From the human T2T-CHM13v2.0 reference genome, Homo sapiens: a stretch of 64,000 nt of DNA. The translations under genes were made by a program, and so were the position numbers. Within the stretch, counting starts at the first letter, position 1. Every line of letters starts with the position of its first letter. This document shows positions 1-14,600 of the stretch, piece after piece. The stretch lies in assembly GCF_009914755.1 (NCBI RefSeq), contig NC_060935.1, one strand, 5' to 3'. The notes below the pieces were generated by a model. The model ran no database searches, was not told where the DNA came from, and worked only from the letters and a program-made list of their open reading frames with translations.

Positions 1-929
1 CCTCAGAGTTCTTTTCTATAAATCTTACCAGGGTACTAGGAAGGGAAGAATAAAAGGAGAGAAGGGGGAAGTGAGACAGAAGTGGCAAAATGAATAAGGT
101 CTCAGTCTCTGTAGGGGGAAGGAGATAATCAGCCTCTGACTAGATACTTTAGACAGATTGTATTAATTATTCCCTGCAACAACTCTGTGAAACAAAATGT
201 GCTGTCTTCATTTTATTATCTAGGATAGTGAAATAAGAAATGCTGGGTGAGTTGTCCAGGTAAACGGTGGAGTTAGGATTCAAACCCTGGTCTGTCTCAC
301 TCCAAAGACAGTACTTTATCCAGGAGAGCATGTTATAAGGGAGAAGGGTGGAATGAAAGTAGGAAGTGGAATGAAGGGATGGTGATGGGCAGGTTAACTG
401 GGGAACACTGCCAAGGAAAACAGGAGGGGGGTTTGAGTAGCCCAGAATCCCCAGAAGAAGACCATAAAGCTCAGAGTGGTAGAAGAGGACAGTGAAACAG
501 TTCTCATCTCCAAATGCCTAAGAACAAGGGGGAGATGGCAGGAGTGTCTACATCTGGAGTTTGAGTCGTGGGTTTGTGTTAAAGGTGGAATCCTGGGCAG
601 GTAGAAGGGCCATCATTATCCCTGCAGGAGGTAACTACCACCCAGATGCATGAAGGGCATGACTCTGGACATGGTGAGAAATAGAGAGATATGGAAGATG
701 AATTAATGAAGGGGTGGGAACAGTTGGGATGGACAGAGCAAGGGGCTGCATGGAGTTCTGAGTGATGACTGAGAAGCTCCCTCCTTGAGAAGCACTTCAG
801 TGGACATGCTGCTCAGGGCAACAAGAAAGCTGCACCTGGGAGAAGAATCCCAAGTGGCCAAGAGCAGCTCTGCTCTGCTCTCATTAAAGTGAACTCAAGG
901 GACTTTGGCTTAGCGATGTCACTTCCATG

Positions 930-1335
930 TCTCATTGCTTTGGTCCAGGCCCTGGTCATCTTGCATGGCGACCTTGGAAGAATTTGTTAACTCGTCTCTT
1001 GCCTCTTCCAGTCTAGTCCCCTCCTCCAAACAACCCTCTTATTTTTTCCAAAATGGACCTTTGCAGGTCACAAGTCAGATTTGATCACTACCCAACCTTA
1101 AACGCTCAAAGATTAAAAACTCTTGTGCGCTGACCCAAGCTACTCATCTCCTACCTCTCCTCACCATTCCCCATACCAGAGCTGCTTTGAACTTAACACT
1201 ATTCTATCAACAGGATGCAGTCTTTCACAGTGCCATGTTCTGCAGCTGCTTCTTCCTCTCTCTAGAATTCTGCAATCTCCATCCTTCACCGCCAGGTTTG
1301 TACCTGGCAAACACCTTCAGGATGATGCTTAAAGC
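930..1335 (+). mobile_element. L2 LINE fragment (degenerate)
   Basis: Pyrimidine-rich tract resembling the L2 3' region (ggtccaggccctggtcatc...cttgcctcttccagtct...cacaagtcagatttgatcac); boundaries approximate. Confidence 0.5.
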
Positions 1336-1373
1336 CTTCCATTTAAATTATCCCTCTTACTTTCAAAAGAGAG

Positions 1374-1853
1374 CAGTGGTTCTCAGAATCTAAGTGTGAA
1401 TCTGGGGAACTTAAAATATACTCATACATGAATCCCACCCCAGAATTTCTGTTTTAACTGGTCCAGGATATGGGATTGGCCTGGGCATTGGGATTTTATT
1501 TTATTTTATTTTAGAGATGGAGTCTCACTCTGTTGCCCAGGCTGGAGTGCAGTGGCACAATCTCGGCTCACCGTAACCCCCGCCTCCCAGATTCAAACGA
1601 TTCTCCCGCCTCAGCCTCCTGAGTAGCTGGGACTACATGCACATGCCACCACGCCCAGCTAATTTTTGTATTTTTTAGTAGAAATAGGGTTTCACCATGT
1701 TGGCCAGGCTGGTCTCAAACTCCTTACCTCAGGTGATCCACCCGCCTCAGCCTCCCAAAGTGCTAGGATTATAGGAGTGAACCACCGCGACTGGCTGGGA
1801 TTTTTTTCTAAAACCCTGGAATTCAAATGTGCAGCAGACATTGAGAAACCATG
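1374..1853. mobile_element. MER5A-type hAT-Charlie MITE, split by an Alu
   Basis: Terminal inverted repeats cagtggttctca (1374) / tgagaaaccatgg (~1842-1854); MER5-like core ctgggcattgggatttt resumes after the Alu. Confidence 0.7.
1495..1795 (-). mobile_element. AluS (Sx/Sz-like)
   Basis: Full dimeric antisense Alu with T-rich tail; tgggatttt duplicated on both flanks. Confidence 0.95.
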
Positions 1854-2249
1854 GTGTAGAGTTTAAACTGCTTAACATTTTAAATGAGATCCTTCATCAG
1901 ACCTGCTATGAGAAACATGATGCTATTTTCAATTAATGTAATCAGCGTGACAAGAAACCTAAAGAGAAGAGTCATAAATTATAATGACCACAGCTGTTAG
2001 TGACTACAGCTCTTACTTAAGGAATCAAGGGGAGTGGTTCTGACTTGTAAGTATTATAGGAATTTAGAGATGGAGAGTTTTTGTCTACATAAATAGGATA
2101 GTAATTAAACCGAGCCTTGAAGAATGAGAAATTCAACTTTCCACTACTTTGAATGGATTAGTGGAAAAAGGGGTGAACATTTTCATTAGAGAAAGGGCAG
2201 AAGGTAAGAAGATATAGGCTGAAACAAGGGTGAACACATTCAATCCTGG

Positions 2250-2402
2250 GTGCTTTCAAAATACTTTGCCTGTATGAACTTGTTTAATCTGCATAGTATC
2301 CCTAAAATATCCCCATTTTATACTAATACTAATATCTCCATTTTATAAATAAGAAAACTGAGGTACAGGGAGTTAGGTAATTTGCCAAAAATCACACAAC
2401 CA
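2250..2402 (-). mobile_element. MIR fragment
   Basis: MIR core ccattttataaataagaaaactgaggtacag...ttaggtaatttgcc. Confidence 0.7.
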
Positions 2403-2643
2403 CCAAGAGAAAATCATAGTTTAAAGAATGAGTGAAGGATCTCACCCAACTGATGTAGTTTGGATGTTTGTTCCCTCCAAATCTCATGTTGATATGATCC
2501 CCAATGTCGGAGGTGGGGCCTAGTGGGAGGTATTGGATTATGGGGGCAGATGCCTCATGAATGGTTTAGGACAAACCCCTTGATAATTAGTAGATTCTCA
2601 CTCAGCTCACAGAAGATCTAGTTGTTTAAAAGAATCTGGAACC

Positions 2644-3108
<465 letters not shown>

Positions 3109-3872
3109 TTAAATCTCTTTTCTTTATAAATTACCCAGTCTCAGACATCTCTTTATATCAATACAAGAACGAACTAACACAGAAAATTGGTACTGAGGAG
3201 CGGTGCATTGCTATAAAAATACCTGAAAATGTGGAAGCAGCCTTGGAACTGGGTAATGGGCAGAAGTTGGAAGGGTTTGGAGGACTCAGAAAATATGAAG
3301 ACAAGGCAAAGTTTGGAATTTCTTACAGAATGGCTAAACGGTTGTGACCAAAATGCTAATAGAGATATGGACAGTGAAGTCCAGACCGACAAGGTCTCAG
3401 ATGGAAATGAGGAAGTTATAGGAAACAGGAGTGAGGGTCACTCATATTTCACACTAGAAAAAAGCTTTGCTGCATTGTGTCAAAGTCCTAGGGATCTGTG
3501 GAAGGTTGAACTTAAAAGTGATGACTTACCGCATTTGGAAAAAGAAATTAATAAGCAGTAAAGCATTCAAGAGGTGGCATGGCTGTTTTTAACAACCTAT
3601 GATCAGATGTAGAAGCAAATAAAAGTTGATACTTATATTTAAAAGAAAAGCAGAGCATAAAAGTTTGATAAATTTGCAGGATGGTCATGTGCTAGAAAAA
3701 GAAGCAGCATTTTGAGGGGAGGAATTCAAGAAGGCTGTGGAGTACTTGCCAAAGAGACTAGCATGACTGAAAGAGAACCAAGTGCTAATATTCAAGCCAA
3801 GGGGAAGAAGGCCTCAAATGCATTTTAAAAGTCTTTGGTTCAGCCCCTTCCAACAGAGGCCCAGAGGCTTAG

Positions 3873-6782
3873 TGATAGAGGCAGGAGGCAGACAAATGCC
3901 TAGGCAGATAGGGGCAGATCCCTGGTGAAACCCCACCTTCAAGCTGGAAACTGTCCCAGGTAAATCCTCAGACTGGATTGAAATACAAGCACAACAAGGT
4001 TTTAAGGCACTAGTCTGATCTTTAACAAAAATTTATAAAGGGTTATAAAAGGTTTATAAGAATCTCACCTCATGGTCAAACTGGTTAAGATCAGACAAAT
4101 TATCTATAAGGTTTCATTTAAAAATTGGGGTTGACATTAATAGTTGACTAATACAAGGGTAAAGTTTGCCTTTCTCTCCCTTGAACAAGATTTTCATGTA
4201 ATAGTAAAGGACAATGAAAGTTTTTTGCCTTTAAAAAAAAATTCTTGAGTCATCATTTTGGCTAAATGACTTGTGGTAACCCGGAATTTTATTTCATATA
4301 TCAAATGCTTTGAACATCTAACATATTTAAGAGGCTTTCCAAAATTGAACTTCAGCTTCAAAAATTGTTTTTTCTGACCCCTAGCTTTTGGATGCTATGC
4401 AGGACCCCTGGAGCATCCAAAAGAGAGGTAAATAGGATTATTTGACATGTTTAGGTACATGAGATTGCCAAAGTGATGTTTAATCTTCTTTAGGTTATAT
4501 TTTAGTGAATAATAATAATATGTGTTCCAAAATTGTATGGGATTTCTAAAATCTAATGTCTGAGTATATGCTATCAATCATAATTAAGATTATTATGTTA
4601 AGTTATTATAAACCATAGAAATCACCACATTTATTTGTCAATCATGTTTGACTGTAACTACCCTGGATATTTTGTCATTCACAGACGGTTGTTGTCTTGC
4701 TTTGATCCTTTTCAAAAGATGGTTTATAATCAGCTATAGGACTTTGGCAAGTGCTCTCAAATGCAGGTTTCTGATAACTTTGGACATTGTGACACTGGAA
4801 TAAAGGAAAAATGTACAGGACTCATGAAGAGCTGAAATGTCCATGAATATCAAGCAGAACAAGAGTTAACAGAATGGACTGAACTAATAGAAAACTGAAG
4901 TAATCTTTTCAACCTTTTGCTTAAAACATTGCTGATTCTTGTTTTGTTTTTCAGAATCAAGGAAACTTCTATTTTGAGCTATTTACAGTCTTTAATAATT
5001 GAGTAAGGTATACTCCTGTGAACAAAATTTGGAGCATATTTGTTTCTCTCTGCCTGGCTTCTCCAGAATTTGGAAACTATCTGTGAGTATTCTTAACCTA
5101 TGGCAATATAGTTATTAGCCTCAGTGCAGTAGGAATCCATTTTCTTTTGCAACAGGACACAATTGGAGAAACTGATTGTTTTACCAAAGCTTTGACTGGA
5201 AGGATGTGCTTCCCTTTAAGGAATCTAGATTGACTTGCAGAGCCAATAAGAGCTCCTTGGGAAAACTGGCCTCATATCTCATCTATACAGTCACTGTACA
5301 GGGTTCTTAACCTGTGGTGAGTAAAGAATGTCACTTTCTAACAGGCCCAGGAGCCCCATGTTCTTGGGACCTCAAGAAGAGAGTAATTTAACCAATTCAT
5401 AGGTATTTGATAATACAAACCCATGGCTGGGCTCAGCTTTAAAAGGCCTTATCTGAGATTTCTTGTGGAACAGAGTTCCACCAAAACCAATTTAAAAGCC
5501 TATGTGAAAAATAATTATTCTTGCTGCACTTTATGCAAATAATCAGGCCAAGTATAAGACTAAAGTCTATTTTGCAAACAACTCAGTCTTATCATGATTT
5601 GCTTTTGACAAAAATGAGGACTGGAGAAGAGAAAAGTTATGTTTCAAAACTTATCATACATTTGTCATTAAATTCTAATTTCATTAGTTGTTCTTAAGTT
5701 TTTGCCTACATTTTCAACTAAGCCTGCTTATCCCTCTGAACCAATCAGTGACCTCCAGCTGCAGCTCAGAAGAGACAAAAGGGAGAGTTAATATAAAAAA
5801 TCTAGATCAATAGTCTAGTTCTGGGTAATTATCCTGCAAATCCTGCCAGGTGATAGGAGTAAATAGGGTCCCCATAACCCAGGAGTTTCTTTGTTTGGAA
5901 AAATAAGACCAATGGAGCTAACCAAAGCCAAGCCCCATGCACCCAAATTTTAGCAGGCATAGCTATAGCCACCAGTTATCTGGGTGTGCTGGCAACCTTA
6001 GGATTTTTTAGCTGTCCTCACTAACCTTGTTTTGTTTTGATATGTATCTTCTAATAACCCAGTTTGTCTCTTCTTGCCTTCAAGCCATCAAACGCCAAAC
6101 GGTCATGCAACCAGAGCCTCAGACAATGGCTCCCTTTTACCACAAACCCTTAGATAGGTCTCTGAGGGAGCTCTGACTGCCGTCTTCCCAACATAGTGCC
6201 CCCTGTCAGGAGGAAGCAGTTAAAATTGGTCTTCATCCCTATTCTAATGGCAGTAAGATGTACCTCTTCAGAGCAGGCAATGATAGAGGCAGGAGGCAGA
6301 CAAATGTCTAGGTAGATAGGGACAGGTGCCTGGCCAAATCCCACCTTCAAGTCAGAAACTGTCCCTGGTAAATCCCAGGACCAGATTGAAAACCCACCTT
6401 CCCATTTGGTGCACTTTCCTCTGATTGATGCCCATCCTTCCCCTATTTTATGATTACCTACCCTTTCCTAATTTGTTTTCTACACTATTGTGCCCACCTT
6501 TGTGTATTGTCTTCACTTTAACCTTTCTTGCATACTCACAAACCAATCATCATGCACTCCCTATTCTGAGCCCATAAAAAGCCCTGGGCTCAGCCACATT
6601 GGGAACTCTCCTGCCTTTGTGTAGGAGGACCACCCTTGCATCCCTTTCCCATTAAAGGCTGTTTCATCACTCAATAAAACTTCCCACCTGACTCACTCTT
6701 CCAGTGTCTATGTGCATAATTCTTCCTGGTCATGAGACAAGAACTCAGACCTAGCTAAGCTACAGAGCAAAATCCTGCATCA
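3873..6782 (+). mobile_element. ERV1 (MER4-group; MER50/MER66/MER84-like LTR) non-autonomous provirus: 5' LTR stub 3873-~3983, internal ~3984-6280, 3' LTR 6281-6782
   Basis: tgatagaggcaggaggcagacaaatg at 3873 and 6281. Purine-rich tract precedes 6281. 3' LTR has aataaa and ends ...gcatca. 4-bp TSD ttag/ctag. MST-int resumes on both sides. Confidence 0.85.
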
Positions 6783-8697
6783 CTAGGAGGAAAGAATGGA
6801 TTCAGAGGCCGGGCCCAGGGCCCTACTGCCCTGCCCAGACTCAAGACACTGCTCCCCATATCCTGGCTATTCTGGCTCCAGCCTTGGCTCAAAAGGGATA
6901 AGGTACAGCTTAGGCCACCACTCTGGAGGGCACAAGCCATAAACCTTGGCAGCTTCCATTCAGTGTTAAGTCTGCAGGTATGCAGAGTGCAAAAGTGAGG
7001 GAGACTTGTCAGCTTCCCCTTAGATTTCAGAGATGTATCAGAAAGCCTGAATGCCCAGGAAGAAGCCTGCAACAGGAGTGGAGCCCTCACTGAGAGCACC
7101 TACTAGGGCAGTACAAAGGGAAAATGTGGGATTTGATCCCCCCAACACAGTCCCCACCAGAGCACTGCCTAGTGGAGCTGTAGGAAGGGGGCTGTTGCCC
7201 TCCAGACACAAGAATGGTAGAGCCACTAGTAGTCTGCAACCTCAGCATGGAAAAGCCACAGGGGCAGAGCTTCCCAAAGCCTTGGTATTGGTGCCATTGA
7301 AAAAAGCAAGTTTGGCCCAAAACACCAGTGTGCCCTGGATGTGGGACATGGAGCCAAAGGAGATTATTTTGGAGCTTTAAGATGGAATGTCTGCCCTGTT
7401 GTGTTTCAGACTTCTGTGGAGCCTGTTATCCCTTCCTTTTAGCCAATTTCTCACTTTGGGAATGGAAATGTCTACTCAATGCATGCACCACCATTATCTC
7501 TTGGGTGTAAACAACTTGTTTTGATTTTACAGGTTCATAGGTAGAAGCAATGTGCCTTGAGTCTCAGATGAGACTTCGGACTTTGATGAGTTAAGATGTT
7601 GGGGACTATTGGAAAGGGATGATTCTATTTTCCAATGTGAGAAAGACATGAGATCTGGGGAGCCACGAGTGAAATGATATAGTTTGGACGTTTGTGCCCT
7701 CCAAATCTCATGTTGAAATGTGATCCTCAGTGTTGGAGATGGGGCCTAGTGGGAGGTATTAGATTATGGGGGCAGATCTTTCATAAATGGCTTAGTACCA
7801 TATCCTTGATAATGAGTGAGTTTTTGCTCAGTTATTTCGTGTGAGATCTGGTTGTTTAAAAGAGTCTGGAACTTCCCCTCTCTTGTTCTTTTTCCTGTTC
7901 TCACCATGGGATGCATCAGCTCTCCCTTTGCCTTCTGCCATGACTGGAATCTTCCTGAGGCCCTCACCAGAAGCAGATGCCAGCAATATGCTTCCTGTAC
8001 AGCCTGGAGAACTATGAGCCAATTAAAAATATTTTTGAAATAAACCACCCAGTCTCAGATATTTCTTTACAGAAATGTGAGAACAGGCTAACACATCAAG
8101 AGGTACGAAAGACTCATATTGGATATTTGTGGAAAACGAGTTTGAGTCATTAGAATGGTTCCAGGGGAGGAAGGGCCTGGAATGGGAGAATAGTGTGTTT
8201 AAACTCAGCATGTTGAGAAATAGAAAGACACTGACAGTCACAAAGCAGAAGACCAACTCAGTAAAGTAATGTTTCAGGAACTTCAAGAGCCAGCAGGTTG
8301 TGAGGATACTTTCATTTCCAGCCATGACGGAATAGGTGTGTTGTAGTAGGCCAACACACCTGCTGAGAACAAGCAGAAAAGCCAGACAGAACAAATTTCT
8401 GCGTGAAAGCACTAGAGATCTGTAAAACAACTAGGATTTGAAGGACCAGATCCTGTAGAGAGAGAACATTTATTGAAGTGAACCCAACTCTCCATACACT
8501 GCTTTTACCTATTGGCATTTGTTGCTTATCAGTATGTGGCAGGAGGCCAAGAAGTTGGGCAGACGAAGCTGCTAAGAATCAGAAGAACTTCATGAGGCAG
8601 AAAGATACAAATGGAAGTATTTCCAAGGCAGCCAAGGTTTGAAGGCTAAAATCCCAAAGAGAAATGAGCCTAATAGTCAGCACTGATATTTGAGACC

Positions 8698-11674
8698 AGC
8701 TATGGTTTGAATATTTGTCCCCTCTAAAACTCATGTTGAAATTTAATTGCCATTGTAACCGTATTAAGAGATGGAACTGTAATAGGTCATTTTCCCAATG
8801 CACAACCATTCAATATAAAGAGACATTGGAGATCGTGGCAGAGAAAGGGTTTAATAATTGTAGGGCAGCCAAATAAGGAGATGGGGGTATATCTAACCCA
8901 CCCTCCCAAGGAATTTGGGTCTAGGGATTTTAAAGGGGTTAGAGTAGGCTGAAGTGTGGGGATCATTGATTGATCAGAGTGCAGAGTGAAGTCATGGAAT
9001 GGGGAAATGAATAAACTACATTCTTACACTCATTTGGTTCCACTGTGGGGAGGGCAGGGGTCTTTAACCTGGTTGGTATCAGCCTTTCCACTGGAATTCA
9101 GGATATGAAGAACATCTTAAGCAATTCTTAAACAAAAAGTCTTATGATTCTAACATGAGTGGTCTTACCTATAGGAACAATGGGGGTGCAAACCCCCAGG
9201 GCCAAAGTCACAGGATCTATTGCCATGTGACTTTGGGTTACAAGGAAATTGGCCAAACTGCAGCCTGAGTTATGCTTGATTATAACTATATTTTTGCCCA
9301 GAACCTAGCATGTAATTCTTGTTAACCCTGTGAGGATGGTTTCGGACTTTTAAGAGGTAATTAGGCCATGACGGCTCCACCCTCACAGGAGGGATTGGTG
9401 CCACTGTAAAAGAGTGAGTTTGGCCCCCTCTCACCCTCTCTTGCCCTTCTGCCTCCTGCCATGGGATAACATAGCAAGGTCCTCACCAGATGCTGGCCCC
9501 TCAATCTTATACTTCCCAGCCCCCCATAATGGAAAAAAATTTCTGTTTGTTATAAATTACCCAGTCTCAGATATTCTATGATAGCAGCACGAAACAGATT
9601 AACACAGAAAATTGGTACCACAGAAGTGCGGCTGTTCTTATAGCAAATACCTAAAAATGTGAAAGTGGCATTCAAACTGAGTAATGGGTAGAGGCTGCAA
9701 GAATTTGGAGGAGCAGGCTAGAAAAGATCTCAATTGCCATGAAAGTGGTGATAAGGGTGATTCTGGTGAAGGCTTATAAGAGGAGGAAAGCTGTAGGGAA
9801 AGTCTGAATCATCTTAGAGATTCCTTAAGCAGTCACGATCAGAATGCTCGTAGAAATATAGATGATTAAGGCCATTCTGATGGCCTCAATTTCAGAAGGA
9901 AATTGAGGAAAACATTATTGGAAACTGGAGGGAAGATGGTCCTTGTTATAAAGTAATGAACAACTTATCTGAATTGAGTCCATATCCAAGGCCTTTGCGA
10001 AAGGCAGAATTTTAAGAGCAATGAACTAACGTATCTGGCAGAAGAAATGTCTAAACAGCAAAGCTTAAGTGTGCTGTGTGACTTCTTTTAATTACATACA
10101 GAAAAATACAAGAAGTAAATGATTTAAAGATAAAATTTATAATTAAAAGGGAAACAGAAGTTAGGGATTCTTAGCCTGACCATGTGGTAAAGAATGAGCG
10201 ATGATTTTCAGGAAAGAAATAAAAGGTATGGCCAAGCATCTGTTTGATAAGATTAGTTTGGGTATAATGAAGCCAGAGGCTATTTATCAGGATGATGGGA
10301 GCATGTCCCTGAAGGGCACTTCAGAGATTACCTCTCATCACAGGCCCAGAACACCAAGGCCTGGGGTAAGAAACTACGGCAAAAGAGAGGCTTAGGGTCC
10401 CCAAGGTATCTTGGGGTCTTGCTCCCCACATTCCCCCATTAGTGCTCCTTGGTCACCCCAGACGTGACTCAAGGGAGCCAAGGTGTGGCAGCTTTGGAAG
10501 GTACAAATAGCAAAGGTTGGCAACATCATCTTGGCAGAATCCATGGGGTGTTAAGTCTTCAGGCACACAGAATGCCAGAGCTTTGGGGGCACAGCTTCCT
10601 CCACCTAGATTTCAAAAGATGTTGTGAACAGCCTAGGGTCTCAAGCAGAGACCTGTCACAGGGACAGAGCTACTGCAAAGAGCCCTCACTTGGGCAATGC
10701 CCTGTACAACTGTGGGGTTGGAGCTGCTGCAGAGAGTCCTCACTAGGCCTAGTAGAGCCTTGGGAGTACAGTCACCTCTGAGCCCGCAGAACAGTAGAGC
10801 TACCAGCATGCAATGCATGCAATGCCAGCCTGGGAGAGCCACAGACATTAACTGCAACCCATGAGAGCAGCCATGTAGGCTGCAACCAGCAAAGCTATCA
10901 GGGTGGCAGGGTGGAGCTCCCCTGGGCCTTGGAAGCCCAACCCCCACACCAGTATGTTCAGAAGTGGGGGCACTGGTTCAAGGAAGATTATTCGGGAGAC
11001 TTAAGGTTAATGTTGTTCATCTTATTGGGTTTTGGAGTTACTTGAGAATAATTATCCCCTTTTTCTTGCCTATTTCTCCCTTTTGGAATAGGAAAGTCTA
11101 TCCTATGTCGGTCCCACCTTTATATTTTGGAAATAGATAATATGTTTGATTTCATAGGCTCACAGCTGGAGGGGAATGTACCTCAGGATGAAATGTGCCT
11201 TTAGTTTCCCCCAAATCTGGTTTAGATGAGATTCTGGACTTTCGACTTTTAAGTTGGTACTGTATCAAAATTAAAACTTTTGAGGCAATTGGGATGGAAA
11301 AAATGTATTTCATATGTAAGAAGGACATGGTTTTGAGGGTCCAGGAGCAGAATGCTGTGGTTTGAGTGCCTGTCCCCTCTAAACTTACATTGACATTTTA
11401 TTACCATTGTAACAGTATTAAGAGGTGACTGGGCCATGAAAGCTCTACCCTCATGGGTGGTATTGATGCCATTATAAAAGGGTGAGTTTGGCCCCCTCTC
11501 GCTCTCTTGACCTTTCACCTTCTGCCATGGGAGGATGTGACAAGAAGGCCCTCACCAGATGCCGGCCTCTCAATCTTAGACTTCCCAGCTTTCAGAATTG
11601 TGAGACAATAAATTTCTGTTCACTACAAATTATTCAGTCTCAGGTATTCTATTATGGCAGAACAAAGTAACACA
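8698..11674 (+). mobile_element. Full-length MSTD/MLT1A-type ERVL-MaLR (5' LTR 8698-9606 interrupted, internal 9607-11352, 3' LTR 11353-11674)
   Basis: Paired LTRs gct.tggtttga.t...tgtcccctctaaa ... taacaca; internal region begins gaaaattggtacc; MaLR-int motifs throughout. Confidence 0.85.
8778..9343 (-). mobile_element. Solo ERV1 LTR (LTR26/MER41-like) inside the MSTD-type 5' LTR
   Basis: Reverse complement begins gaaaccatcctcacagggttaacaagaattacatgctaggttctgg and ends ...ttaca; 4-bp flanks gaac/ggac; host LTR resumes at 9344. Confidence 0.7.
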
Positions 11675-14600
11675 GGCTTTTATTAATCAAGCTGTGCAAA
11701 GCAAGAGACTAACAAGCTAAACAGAAAGAGGCTGAAAAGAAGAGCAAAGCTTTCACGAGTGTCTCAGTATGGGACAAAAATTGGAATTAAGTACCCCTTC
11801 AAGGATGGGGGCAGAGAGTTTCTAGAAAATACCTCAGGATCTCAGGACCTTTGAAGATCCACATACTAGGAGTGAGAGCAAACCAGCAATAAGTAGAGCC
11901 TTGCAAAGACTGCAAACTTGCTTCAACTTATTTCACGTTGGATTGAGGTGATCAAATCCTCTTTACTTGCCAGAGGAAAAAGTGAATCTTCTCTAGAGTG
12001 AGAAAGCTTCATTCAGAGCTTCTACAATATTATAGACACAATATTCAGCACCAATAAATAACTACAAGACATACGAAGAAACAGAACTAAGAAAAAAACA
12101 ACTAATGAATATATATGCATAGGTGACACAGACAAGAATTATCTGACACAGACCATAAAACAACTATGATTATATTCAAGAAAACAGATAAGACCAAAAA
12201 TTTCATGGTAGAAACAGAATCTTTAAAAGGTTAAATAGAATTATAGGACTGAAAAATGTAATAATTGAAATTATGAAATCAGTAGGTTCAAAGAGCAGAT
12301 TGGACACCACTGAAGAGAAGATTAGTGAGCTGGAAATAAATCTAGCTAGAGATAGACAATAGACTAAAGTACAGATACTAAAAAGAATGGGAAAATACAG
12401 AAAAGAGCACAGTTGACATACAAAAGATGATGAAAGTTCTATATATACATAATTGGATTTTATAAGGAAGAAGGAAGACAGAATGGGAAGAAACAATACT
12501 TTAAGAGAAAATGGCCAAGAATAATTTTTTAAAACTGTCTAAAAACATTAAAATATAGATGATAAAGAGGAAAAATGAGATTAGGGACAAGATGGCCAAC
12601 TAGACGCAGCCAGAAAACACCTTTCCCACTGACAGAAACGAAAATATCAAGGAAACCATTGCACTTTGAATACACCTTTTGAGTGAAAACACTGAAAGTA
12701 GATAGAGGCAATGCAGACACAAAAGCTGGGATGCCTGCGTGGAGTCACTGAGTGCAGGGATCAGCTGTTGGTCCTGAATGGGCCTAAGGAAGCAGCGAGT
12801 GAAGAAACTCCCAGGCACCACACTCCCACAATGGGCCTCTGGGATTCTAGCTTTAAGAGACCTCACAACCCCTATAGACATTTGAATTGGCAGGAGGAAA
12901 TTCCAAGAGAGCCGGCAGAGACAGAGCTGGAATCTACACAGATTACAAAATGTTTTTTGTGTGGGGCAGCTGCAGGGAAACACAACAGTAGGCACCCATG
13001 CCCCACAGTCCTCCATCTTGCCCTGAGCAACTCTAGCTGCTGCCGACTGCCAGGCTGGGGGAAACCAGGGCTGCCTTTCCCAGAGGACCAGGGTGCACCT
13101 GACCTGCAGGTCCCTTGTCCACTGGCCCCTCCCAGGGACCGTGGCTGGCTGTTCCCAAAGGAGAGTGCACAAGGCACAGCCTCCACTACCCCGCCTGAGT
13201 GTTCAGACAGTGGCCTGAGAGCAGGTTGGTACCCTTGGCACAGCAAGTAGGGGCCAGAGGACAAAGTCACAGGCCAAGTTCCCACTCCCTACAGTTTGAG
13301 CACACATTGAGCTGAGACCTGTGGCCTGAGCTTGAGCAGGGGAGGAGCCCCCAACCTCAGAATGCTGAGAAGTGAGGTGCAGGTTCGTGTACTGGCATTG
13401 GAGCTGGGTGCCCCTCCCTCTATAAGAGCAGTCCAGGAAGGGTGTGGCCTGTTGGCCAGCCACAGCTTCTATCAGAGGGGACCCCATGGCCCAGAACACC
13501 TGTAACAGTTCAGTGATCTGGATGCAGAAGGCTTGGGACAAAACTAGCCTGCTCCCATGGCAGATACTGAAGAGAGACCTGGTTGGGAAAGCGTGAGCCG
13601 GGTGGACCCCAAAGCCATCTACTGGGCAAAACACCCCAGGCTGCAGGCATTATACCAGCTGAATACTCCCGACACCACTCCCCCACCCGGGGATCCCCCG
13701 CTCTTGACCCACTGCATCACCAGACTGCTCATAGACCATGACCAGCTCTGACTCTGCCAAGCTCAGAGGACCAGCGGCTCCCTGGGGAATTGTGGGTGCC
13801 CTCGTGACCTAACCTTCAGCTAGGACTGCCCCTAAGGGAGGGGGAAGTGCAGCCCACCAGGGCCCCGCTCATGGCTAAGGAAGCATCTGCATGGTGCTAG
13901 TGATTGGAGAGGACTCACCCAAGGCCTGAGAACAGACTTGGTGAGGTGGTCATCTCACTCCCTGAGTCTCCCTCTCCCCAGAGCTCTGCTGCAAATGCAC
14001 TGAAATAGGAAAGAGGCATGTGGTTGAGTAAGAGTCTATCTGCAGGCCCCTACTCTTAAAAGGCATCATCTATTGGATTGCAGCCTGAATTATACCACCA
14101 AAAATAAATAAATAAATAAACAAATAAATAAATTCACACATTACCTGTGAAACCCAGTACAGGAAACTAGCCACAAATAAGGAACCAGTATAGAGCCTTG
14201 GCCCTCTGAAAGCACCCAAATACAAGGCCAAATGACTACACACAACATACACCACAGTTAAACCCTCAAGGGAAATAAAGAATGTAAAAACAAAAAGCCC
14301 CATCTAAACAACAGCAACTTCAAAAAGATAAAGAAACACCAGTCCTCTCAGATGAGAAGGAATCAGTTCAAGAATTCTGACAATTCAAAAACTCCGAGTG
14401 TTTCCTTATCTCCAAACGTTTGTGCCAGCTCCACAGCAATGGATCCTAACTAGACTGAAATGGCTGAAATGGCAGATACAGAAGTCATAATCTCAAGGAA
14501 GCTCAATGATATTTAAGAGAACATTGAAAGCCAATCCAAGGAAGCCTGGCAAATTATCCAAGAGCTGAAAGACAACATAGACATTTTAAAAAGGAACCCA

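Noticed and set aside
3229-3561. 110-aa ORF (MWKQPWNW...)
   Set aside because: Decayed MaLR internal ORF remnant within MSTB-int, not a host gene.
12600-13634. Several 137-190 aa ORFs on both strands
   Set aside because: They lie in the GC-rich L1 5'UTR where stops are rare; no recognisable domain.
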